Positions 16,850 to 24,073 of a stretch of DNA of 32,000 nt are shown here, in pieces. The translations under genes and the position numbers were made by a program. Source of the DNA: an uncultured bacterium (GTDB lineage Bacteria; Auribacterota; JACPWU01); the NCBI GenBank assembly GCA_964640155.1, contig CAZXEQ010000003.1, positions 164,189-196,188 of the forward strand, given 5' to 3'. The notes beneath the pieces are model-generated. The model saw only the letters and a list, made by a program, of their open reading frames with translations. It made no database searches and had not been told where the DNA came from. Positions within the stretch are counted from its first letter, which is position 1. Each line of letters begins with the position of its first letter.

Positions 16850-17152
16850 ATGTCTGATTATTTATTTCAGTCCGATGACATTCTGGTTAGAGAAAAAAAT
16901 TTGTTTTCTGCAAATATAGATGATGATGTTGTAATGCTCGACGAATCTTCTGGGAATTATTTTGGTCTAAATCCTGTTGCTGGTAAAATTTGGCAGCTTC
17001 TAGAAAAGCCAATTCGTTTAAGAGATCTTATTAATAGCTTAACCACCCACTATGAAGTTGACAGGCTGCAATGCGAACAAGAAACGGCCAGTTTTCTAAA
17101 TTCATTGAATGAACGTAAACTATTACACATCACTCATGCTGAAAAAGCTTAA
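16850..17152 (+). CDS. Lasso peptide biosynthesis B1 protein (PqqD-family RiPP recognition element)
   Basis: It is a ~100 aa PqqD-like protein (VVMLDESSGNYFGLNPVAGKIWQLLEKPIRLRDLINSL). It sits directly upstream of, and overlaps, the B2 protease gene. Confidence 0.85.
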   Translation: MSDYLFQSDDILVREKNLFSANIDDDVVMLDESSGNYFGLNPVAGKIWQLLEKPIRLRDLINSLTTHYEVDRLQCEQETASFLNSLNERKLLHITHAEKA

Positions 17153-17585
17153 GAGTTATTGGCGTTTACCTTTGGAATTACGCAGGGCATCCAGAGAAGC
17201 TTTCTTATATTTAACTTTCTCAAAAATTTTAATCAAGAGTATTCCCATCCGTTTTTCTTTGAAGTATTTGGGTGTTAAGAATATAGATCTTTCCAGAAGT
17301 GATGTGAGCTGCGATCCGAGTGTTCTTTTCCTGATCAGACAGAGCATTTATTTGGTGAGTAAAAATTTACCTTGGAGGAGTAAATGCTTAGATCAGGCTA
17401 TGACTGCACAATGGATGCTTTCCAGAAGAAATTTACCTACGACACTATACTTGGGAATGAGAAAATCCGATAACGCTAAAAAATCTTATGATGCGCATGC
17501 TTGGGTATGTTGCGGTAATATGCCTGTTATAGGAGTGCAGCCTCAGGTGGGATATGTTGTAGTAGGGAGATATTCTTTCCTGTAA
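17136..17585 (+). CDS. Lasso peptide biosynthesis B2 protein (transglutaminase-like Cys leader peptidase)
   Basis: It has the pattern WRSKCLDQAMTAQWML...YDAHAWVCCG (catalytic Cys and His of the Transglut_core3/McjB family). The probable start is MLKKLKSYW at 17136, which overlaps B1 by 17 nt. The track start is 17109. Confidence 0.85.
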   Translation: MLKKLKSYWRLPLELRRASREAFLYLTFSKILIKSIPIRFSLKYLGVKNIDLSRSDVSCDPSVLFLIRQSIYLVSKNLPWRSKCLDQAMTAQWMLSRRNLPTTLYLGMRKSDNAKKSYDAHAWVCCGNMPVIGVQPQVGYVVVGRYSFL

Positions 17586-17634
17586 TTCAGAGAAAGTTTT
17601 TAAAAAATAAAAGATGAAAATGTTTAATATGTCT

Positions 17635-17790
17635 TCATGAAAAAACACCGCAAGCAGCTTCAGGGACTACCGCGCATCCTCCTTCAGTTTGAACAGATAA
17701 ATCAATTTGAATAAGAGTTGGTGTTTGCCAGAGTTCTTTTTTTTGTTTAGTTTTGGAAACGGTTTTATGAGTGGATTGTTGAGTTCGCAT
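17635..17790 (-). CDS. Candidate lasso peptide precursor A2 (51 aa, not in the ORF track): MRTQQSTHKTVSKTKQKKELWQTPTLIQIDLSVQTEGGCAVVPEAACGVFS
   Basis: This is a hand translation of the minus strand. GAGGAA lies 6 nt upstream of the ATG at 17790, and the TGA stop is at 17637-17635. The leader motif is KKELWQTPTL with Thr at -2. The core is GGCAVVPEAACGVFS (Gly1, Glu8, two Cys, C-terminal Ser). It lies immediately downstream of cyclase C2 on the same strand. Confidence 0.8.
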   Translation of the reverse strand: MRTQQSTHKTVSKTKQKKELWQTPTLIQIDLSVQTEGGCAVVPEAACGVFS

Positions 17791-17837
17791 TTAACATTCC
17801 TCATGAGATGCAATTATTAAAAATACACAGACTATTT

Positions 17838-17855
17838 AAAAAAGAGCTCTTTTTT
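17838..17855. repeat. Perfect 18-nt palindrome AAAAAAGAGCTCTTTTTT in the C2-A2 spacer
   Basis: Read directly from the sequence. It is self-complementary across its full length and centred on GAGCTC. Confidence 0.8.
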
Positions 17856-17861
17856 GAGGGT

Positions 17862-17881
17862 TCATACCCTTAAAGGTATGA
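17862..17881 (-). other. Stem-loop (7-bp stem TCATACC/GGTATGA, 6-nt loop) between cyclase C2 and precursor A2
   Basis: Read directly: tcatacc-cttaaa-ggtatga. Its function (processing site, attenuator or none) is not established. Confidence 0.5.
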
Positions 17882-17938
17882 CAAATTTTGTCTTTTACCA
17901 GTTCAATCATATAGCGTTACATCTCATAAATCAATCAG

Positions 17939-19846
17939 TTATGTAAGATTTTTGCTATTTTTCATCATAGATAAAAGTAGTTTGATTTGTATGGAGCGAT
18001 TGATAAAAGTTCTATAAACGAAAGACTTTTCACCTTTTAGACAAGTGTCATTTTTGTGTTCATTATGTAATTTTTGCAATTTTTTTATATTTACAATTTT
18101 TTGAGTAAGAGGGTGTTGGGGTTCAGAAAAAAGTCGATTTGCTTGTGTGCTGCTGCTAATGGACGGGAAAGGTTTAATATTTCCCATTTCTTTTGTAGGT
18201 TGTGCTCGGATAGATTCTGGAATTTTCTCTTTCATTGCTTCCCTGTGTAGATAGCGAGTTATTCCTTGATGCCATTTATATTCTGCTGGAACAGACAGAA
18301 ATAATTCGATTAGACGGATATCTAAAAGGGGCCAAGCGTATTCGATGTTGTAAGCGGCTGCCAGAATGGAACATTCTTCTAATCGGGCAATTGCAATAGG
18401 TCCAAAAGTTTTTTCTAAACATTGTTCATTTACATGCGTATAACCTTCTCGTTGAGCAAGAGCAAAATATTTTTTTCTGAGCTGTAAATTTTGTTTCCAA
18501 TGTAAGAGGAGAGGAGCATGTACAAGACGTTCTTTTAATGCTTTTAAATAAATCTTGTGATTACAGCGCTTATGGGCAAGTTGGTAATAACAGAGGAGAG
18601 CTAATTGTTTTAATAAGTGTAGTGATCGCTTGATCGGTTTTCCATGGAGAGCTCGCCATGCTTTCTTAAACTGCCATTTAGATAAAAGTTCAATAATAAC
18701 AATTTGAGTTCTTTGAGTAACAAACTCATCTCCACCAAACCCAGAAAGTAGTATTTGAACACCTTCTTTTTCTGCCTGTTTATAAAAAGGAATATGAAAA
18801 GAGCCCATTCCTAATTCTTCAGGGTATCCAAGAAGAGAGACGGTTTCAGGCATATTCTCATAATGTTGTCCAAAGAGAACATCGTTATAGAAACGGTGGT
18901 GAGGGCCTTGTAAATTGAAATAAGTAAGCGCTTCATCAATGCAAGGTCCGTCTAAATCCATTTTATCATGTGCAAATGTATGTAATGTTTGACGAAGTTC
19001 AGGATTACATTCAAGAGCTGTGCCAATGATAGAAGTGGAGTCTAATCCACCACTGAATTCGGCTCCAATTGGTTTATTTTCAGGAATACGGCACCGAACA
19101 GCTTCTTTAAGTGCTTTCTGATAAACTTGAATATACTCATGCGTGTCTTTTAGATGAAGTATTTTATAAGGGTCAAATGCATGATAACGCGTAATTTGAA
19201 TTTTATGATTACGATAGATGAGAAAGTGTCCAGGTGCTAATTTTTGTATGTTGTTATAAAAAGTTTCTGTAAGGCTTAATGGAATATGAAGTAAATATTG
19301 TACGAGTCGAGATTCGTCTATCTGAGCTTTAAAAAAAGGTAATTTATGAAAAAAGGAAATATTTGAAGCAAAAATAAGACTCTTTTCTTGCTGGGCATAA
19401 AAAAGAGGTTTTACACCGATAGGATCTCGCGCACAGTATAAAGTTTTATCTAGTGTGTCGTAGATAACGAAAGCAAAATCACCGACCAAGTGTTTTGCAC
19501 ACTCAGAGCCAAAGCGTAAATAACTTTCAAGAATGATATCCACATCGCTTAGTGATGAGAGTTTATAGGGGGCGATACCAAGTTTTAGAGCTATCTCAGG
19601 CCGGTTGTCTAAGCGAGACCAAGCAAGAACAACATAACGGTTTTTTCTTAAGAAAAAAGTTGTTGGATTTTTTGTGTCTTGAGCAGATTGATTGCCTTGA
19701 GTCCATTGGGCTATGGCATATAGGTTATCTTGATGAGATAGGGTTCTTTGTGGTTGATTAGGGAATTGTAGGGCATGCTCAACGGCATTTGGATCTATAT
19801 CTAATTGGGATTCAGAAACAATTCCAGCAAAGAGAGATGTTTTCAT
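17939..19846 (-). CDS. Lasso peptide cyclase C2 (asparagine synthetase B-like)
   Basis: It is a paralog of C1 with the same motifs (GAEFSGGLDSTSI, LLSGFGGDEF, AAAYNIEYAWPLLDIRLIELFLS). The start is MKTSLFAGIV. Confidence 0.9.
   Translation of the reverse strand: MKTSLFAGIVSESQLDIDPNAVEHALQFPNQPQRTLSHQDNLYAIAQWTQGNQSAQDTKNPTTFFLRKNRYVVLAWSRLDNRPEIALKLGIAPYKLSSLSDVDIILESYLRFGSECAKHLVGDFAFVIYDTLDKTLYCARDPIGVKPLFYAQQEKSLIFASNISFFHKLPFFKAQIDESRLVQYLLHIPLSLTETFYNNIQKLAPGHFLIYRNHKIQITRYHAFDPYKILHLKDTHEYIQVYQKALKEAVRCRIPENKPIGAEFSGGLDSTSIIGTALECNPELRQTLHTFAHDKMDLDGPCIDEALTYFNLQGPHHRFYNDVLFGQHYENMPETVSLLGYPEELGMGSFHIPFYKQAEKEGVQILLSGFGGDEFVTQRTQIVIIELLSKWQFKKAWRALHGKPIKRSLHLLKQLALLCYYQLAHKRCNHKIYLKALKERLVHAPLLLHWKQNLQLRKKYFALAQREGYTHVNEQCLEKTFGPIAIARLEECSILAAAYNIEYAWPLLDIRLIELFLSVPAEYKWHQGITRYLHREAMKEKIPESIRAQPTKEMGNIKPFPSISSSTQANRLFSEPQHPLTQKIVNIKKLQKLHNEHKNDTCLKGEKSFVYRTFINRSIQIKLLLSMMKNSKNLT
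19454..19513. repeat. 60-nt perfect inverted repeat, copy 2 (inside cyclase C2)
   Basis: It is the exact reverse complement of 8810..8869. Flanking codons of the two paralogs differ at many synonymous sites. Confidence 0.9.
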
Positions 19847-19886
19847 TTTATTTAGTCAAAGTATTGCGTATAAGAAAGTTCTAACT

Positions 19887-20744
19887 TTATCTATCAGATG
19901 AGGTAAGAGCAATACGATCAGTCTTCTTTATGATGACTTGCCCAGAAAGTTTCATGAGCTGCTTTACGTAAGCATGAGTTAATCCCATCTTTTTCAGAAA
20001 ATGATAACGATAACTATGGCGTATTAATAACTGAATTTTTTCTATGCTTGTGATTTGAGAAAGATTGTTTGCTTGTGTATTAATCTCAATGATTTCAGCC
20101 AAAGGGAGTGAACTTTTGTAATATTGTGAATGTACTGAAAGAGCAAATTTATTATCTTGGGGACGCACCTGTCTTAAATTTTGTGTGTTGATTCCCAAAA
20201 GCTTTGCACTGTCTTCCCATAACTTTATTTGAGGATAACTGGGTACAACACGTGCGGTTCCTTTTTTATCAAAGGCTATAACACATACATCATCTGCCAA
20301 AACATGTGCTCCTTGCTGATAATACCATCCCGCCATAGTTGATTTTCCTGAGCCACGATTGCCTACATAAACTGTACATGTTTTAAGGTCTGAAGAAACG
20401 GTATTACCATGAAGAACAATATGCCCACGCTGTTGCATGAGTGCCCCCATGCATGAGCCTAACAAAAATAGACGTAAAGTATCTTGATCACAAGAGGGGT
20501 AGGATTTATATGTGATTTTTTGACCATTTTCTATTAAAAAATGAGCAATGTTTTTAATGTTAAGTAGCGCTTGGTTTTCATTTGCTTGAAAATGGATAGA
20601 AGCTGAGTCACCATTGATAGAAATAGGCACTTGTCCAGACGCAATTTTAACATCGACAGAAGTAGGATCAAAAGAGCTTGGTAAAAATTCAATGATTTCT
20701 AAGTCACTAAGGATGTTTAAACCAAATGCGCGATAAGCATTCAC
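19887..20744 (-). CDS. HPr kinase-like kinase K3 (lasso precursor kinase family)
   Basis: It has the P-loop VYVGNRGSGKSTMAG followed by VLADDVCVI. It has a GTG start at 20744 and lies directly upstream of C2 (40-nt gap). Confidence 0.8.
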   Translation of the reverse strand: MNAYRAFGLNILSDLEIIEFLPSSFDPTSVDVKIASGQVPISINGDSASIHFQANENQALLNIKNIAHFLIENGQKITYKSYPSCDQDTLRLFLLGSCMGALMQQRGHIVLHGNTVSSDLKTCTVYVGNRGSGKSTMAGWYYQQGAHVLADDVCVIAFDKKGTARVVPSYPQIKLWEDSAKLLGINTQNLRQVRPQDNKFALSVHSQYYKSSLPLAEIIEINTQANNLSQITSIEKIQLLIRHSYRYHFLKKMGLTHAYVKQLMKLSGQVIIKKTDRIALTSSDR

Positions 20745-21120
20745 CCAAAAACCTTTTTCTTCTTATCTGGTTAATATTTCTTGGGGTTGTCTACAATAGT
20801 TTAATAAATCTTCGAATCTTTAAGAGAGACTAATATACAAAAACTCTATTATTTGTACTACTTAGATTTTTCAGGTAATGAGGTAGGCCAATGCACTTAT
20901 AAAGTGTCTAAGAATTAATAGAAGATTCATAAGTATGTTAAGAACAGAAAATTATAGGTAGGAGATGATTGGAATAATTTCTTCTTGCTTGCAAGGATGT
21001 TAAAATAAAGCTTTAAAGACAAGTATAATTTTGTTACTTTCAGATACTATTTTTCGCTTTTATTGAAGTTATTGTGAAAAATTTGCTTAAGACAATAATC
21101 CTTGTTTTTGGGGGAAGGAG

Positions 21121-21693
21121 ATGTCTCAAACACCTATAAACTCTATAGCACCTTTTTTGCCTTCTTCGGTTTATTTTGATGCAGATATAGATGAAAAATG
21201 GTTCTATCCCTGTTGGTACGCCCTGTATACACGTTTCCGCCATGAAAAATTATTGGATGATGAATTAAGAAAAAAGGGTGTGGAAACTTTCTTGCCTTTG
21301 CGTAAAATTGTGTGCCAGTGGTCAGATCGCAGGAAAATAATCGAAGAACCTCTCTTTAAAGGTTATCTTTTTGTTCGTATTCCCCTTATCAACCGATCTT
21401 CAGTTTTAAATATTAAAGGGGCCATTCGTTTAATTGGTTCTCAAAATTCACCCGCTGAAGTTCCAGAAAAAGAGTTAAGTGCTATAAAGGCTTTTATTGA
21501 AAATGAAATTAAGATTGATCCATTCCCATATTTAAAAACCGGTCAACTTGTGCGTGTTCGTTCGGGGCCATTTAGGGGCATTGAAGGTTTTATTGTCAGA
21601 AAAGACAAACATTGTCGATTGGTGATTTCCTTTGATTCGATTATGAATTCAATCTCTATTGAAATTGACGAAGGTTGTGTAGAAGCAATTTGA
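21121..21693 (+). CDS. NusG-family transcription antiterminator paralog (UpxY/RfaH-like)
   Basis: It has an NGN domain (WYALYTRFRHEKLLDDELRKKGVETFLPL, KGYLFVRI) and a KOW motif (GQLVRVRSGPFRGIEGFIVRK). It sits at the head of a polysaccharide operon, as UpxY/RfaH-type paralogs do. Confidence 0.8.
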   Translation: MSQTPINSIAPFLPSSVYFDADIDEKWFYPCWYALYTRFRHEKLLDDELRKKGVETFLPLRKIVCQWSDRRKIIEEPLFKGYLFVRIPLINRSSVLNIKGAIRLIGSQNSPAEVPEKELSAIKAFIENEIKIDPFPYLKTGQLVRVRSGPFRGIEGFIVRKDKHCRLVISFDSIMNSISIEIDEGCVEAI

Positions 21694-21809
21694 AGATGAG
21701 ATACATATACGCACAGGAAAAGCTAGGTCCTTTCTTCAGAGAATGTGACTGAAAGGGCGGAGCTCTATGGAGAAGTCAATATGTTGGATCCTATAAAAAG
21801 AAGAAAGAG

Positions 21810-23081
21810 ATGAATCGCCAGTACAATATTGTCATTATAGGAGGAGGAATTGTTGGTTGCTCTTTAGCAAGAGAACTGGGCAAGCGTTTTAAAAAAATAG
21901 TTTTGCTTGAAAAGGAACATGTTGTTGCATTTCACACAAGCGGGCGTAACAGCGGGGTTTTTCACTCAGGTTTTAATCAAAAATCAGGGACATTAAAGGC
22001 TAAGTTTTGTGTCGAGGGGAATCGTCTGGCTAGGAATTATTGCAATGAGAGAGGAATTCCTTGTCATAAAGTTGGAACTTACGTGGTTGCAACTGAAGAA
22101 GAGCAAGTGCCGCGATTAGATGATATAAAAAAACGGGCGCAAGCCAATGGAGTCTCTGACGTTGAAATAGTAAATCATAGTGAACTAAAGAAAAGAGAGC
22201 CGCAGGTGCATGGGGTTGCAGCGTTTTTCTCTCCGACAGGGGCTATTGTTGATTCTATTAGATTCACCCAATCTGTTGCTGAAGAAGCGCGTCAAACAGG
22301 TGTGGATATAGTGCTTAGTCAAGAAGTGAAACATATCGAGGAAAAAAAAGAAGCAGTGTATGTTCAAACTCAGAACAATTGTTATATCTCAGAGTTTGTT
22401 ATTAATTGTGCTGGCCTTCATGCCGATCGTATTGCGCATCAAATGGGGGTAGGCCTTGAATTTAGTATTACACCTTTTCGCGGGGAATATTTTGAAACAA
22501 ACGCAAGTGCTACTCGTTTGGTTCGTGGGATGATTTATGCTATTCCTCATCCGGACTTTCCATTTTTGGGTGTGCATGTAACTCCCACGGTTCACAATAC
22601 TATGATTTTAGGTCCCAATGCGGTTCTTGCTATGGGCAGAGAAGCTTATGGACGATGGTCTTTTAATTTGAGCGATATGTTTTCTATGTTATGCCATGGG
22701 GGGTTTCTAAAAGCTCTTTTAAAGAATTCACCGCTTCGCCAAGTGGCGTGGCAAGAATTAAAAAATTCTTGCAGTAAAACACACTTTCTTAAGGAAGCTG
22801 GTTCGCTTGTAAACGGATTAAAGATGGAAGATTTTAAACTTTCAAAACGTGTAGGTATTCGGGCGCAGTTGATTCATAAGAATGGTGAATTTGTGGATGA
22901 TTTGGTCATTGAAAAGACAGAACGTTCAATCCATCTATTGAATGTGGTTTCTCCTGGAATGACATCTGCACTCCCATTTGCAAAATGGTTGAGTGAAAGA
23001 ATCGCAGACGATTTTTCGTGGAAAGATAATGAAAATGTTATGACAGAAAAACAAATAAAAGATTTGGCGTATGCTCATTGA
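21810..23081 (+). CDS. FAD-dependent oxidoreductase (DAO family, L-2-hydroxyglutarate oxidase LhgO-like)
   Basis: It has an N-terminal Rossmann FAD motif, IVIIGGGIVGCSLAREL. Its ~420 aa length and layout resemble LhgO/YgaF-type enzymes. Confidence 0.7.
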   Translation: MNRQYNIVIIGGGIVGCSLARELGKRFKKIVLLEKEHVVAFHTSGRNSGVFHSGFNQKSGTLKAKFCVEGNRLARNYCNERGIPCHKVGTYVVATEEEQVPRLDDIKKRAQANGVSDVEIVNHSELKKREPQVHGVAAFFSPTGAIVDSIRFTQSVAEEARQTGVDIVLSQEVKHIEEKKEAVYVQTQNNCYISEFVINCAGLHADRIAHQMGVGLEFSITPFRGEYFETNASATRLVRGMIYAIPHPDFPFLGVHVTPTVHNTMILGPNAVLAMGREAYGRWSFNLSDMFSMLCHGGFLKALLKNSPLRQVAWQELKNSCSKTHFLKEAGSLVNGLKMEDFKLSKRVGIRAQLIHKNGEFVDDLVIEKTERSIHLLNVVSPGMTSALPFAKWLSERIADDFSWKDNENVMTEKQIKDLAYAH

Positions 23082-24072
23082 ACCTTTATCTTGTTTGGTG
23101 ACAGGTGGGGCAGGTTTCATTGGTAGCCATCTTGTGGATTGTCTTCTTGATAATGGACATCAGGTAACGGTTCTAGATAATCTTTCCACTGGACGAATGT
23201 CGAATTTGGAAAAAGCGCAATCTCGAAACAAGTTTAAGTTTTATCATGTGGATATTGCTGATTTTAAAGAAATCAGGCCTTTATTTAAGAATATCGATTG
23301 GGTTTTTCATTGTGCAGCTTTAGCTGATATTGTTCCTTCTATTCAAACTCCGCAGCTTTACCATCATTCCAATGTGGATGGAACTATTTCTGTTTTGGAA
23401 GGAGCACGGCTGGCCGATGTGAAGCGTTTTATTTATGTTGCATCTTCTTCTTGCTACGGTATTCCAGAAGAATATCCTACTTCTGAAACTGCTCCTATTC
23501 AGCCCATGTATCCTTACGCTTTAACAAAATGGATGGGAGAACAGTATGTGTTAAATTGGGCAAAGATTTATAAAATGCCCTGTGTTTCTCTTAGATTTTT
23601 TAATGTGTATGGCCCGCGTTCAAGAACGACAGGAGCTTATGGGGCAGTATTTGGGGTTTTTCTGGCGCAGAAACTTGCCGGTAAACCTTTCACGGTCGTG
23701 GGTGACGGTACGCAAACGCGAGATTTTACCTTTGTGACAGATGTTGTGGATGCACTTGTAAGTGCTGCTAAATCAAACGTCAAAGGAGAAATTTTTAATG
23801 TAGGCTCAGGTAATACTTACAGTGTCAATGAACTAGTTGGTTTGATTGGAGGAGAAGTTGTCTATATTCCTAAAAGACCGGGAGAGCCAGATTGTACTTT
23901 TGCAGATATGACAAAGATAAAGAAAGCTTTAGATTGGAATCCAAAAGTTTCATTTAAAGAAGGAGTACAAACGATGCTTAAGAATATTGGACTTTGGAAA
24001 GATGCTCCTGTCTGGAATGAGTCGTCCATCGGTGAAGCCACGAAGGACTGGTTTAAATATTTAGGAAATTAA
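23071..24072 (+). CDS. NAD-dependent nucleotide-sugar epimerase/dehydratase (extended SDR)
   Basis: It has the motif VTGGAGFIGSHLV and the catalytic YPYALTK (YxxxK). It overlaps the upstream gene by 11 nt. Confidence 0.85.
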   Translation: MLIEPLSCLVTGGAGFIGSHLVDCLLDNGHQVTVLDNLSTGRMSNLEKAQSRNKFKFYHVDIADFKEIRPLFKNIDWVFHCAALADIVPSIQTPQLYHHSNVDGTISVLEGARLADVKRFIYVASSSCYGIPEEYPTSETAPIQPMYPYALTKWMGEQYVLNWAKIYKMPCVSLRFFNVYGPRSRTTGAYGAVFGVFLAQKLAGKPFTVVGDGTQTRDFTFVTDVVDALVSAAKSNVKGEIFNVGSGNTYSVNELVGLIGGEVVYIPKRPGEPDCTFADMTKIKKALDWNPKVSFKEGVQTMLKNIGLWKDAPVWNESSIGEATKDWFKYLGN

Positions 24073-24073
24073 T

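Noticed and set aside
17667-17804. An alternative-frame 45-aa ORF (ATG at 17804, minus strand) overlapping precursor A2
   Set aside because: It is lysine/asparagine-rich and low in complexity, with no lasso-like Gly/acidic core. Only the 17790 frame reproduces the KKELWQxPxL block shared with A1, and that frame has a properly spaced GAGGAA.
20745-21120. The 376-nt spacer between kinase K3 and the NusG-like gene, scanned for a third precursor or small RNA (it includes a 12-aa ORF, MIGIISSCLQGC)
   Set aside because: There is no ELWQxP-type leader and no Gly...Asp/Glu core. The mini-ORF is too short and has no homology to A1 or A2. No conserved structure is evident. The spacer is probably just divergent promoter DNA marking the boundary between the two loci.
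21040-21243. A 67-aa minus-strand ORF spanning the start of the NusG-like gene
   Set aside because: It overlaps the strongly supported NGN-domain CDS in antisense. It has an Arg/Cys-rich composition typical of antisense frames and no recognisable motif.
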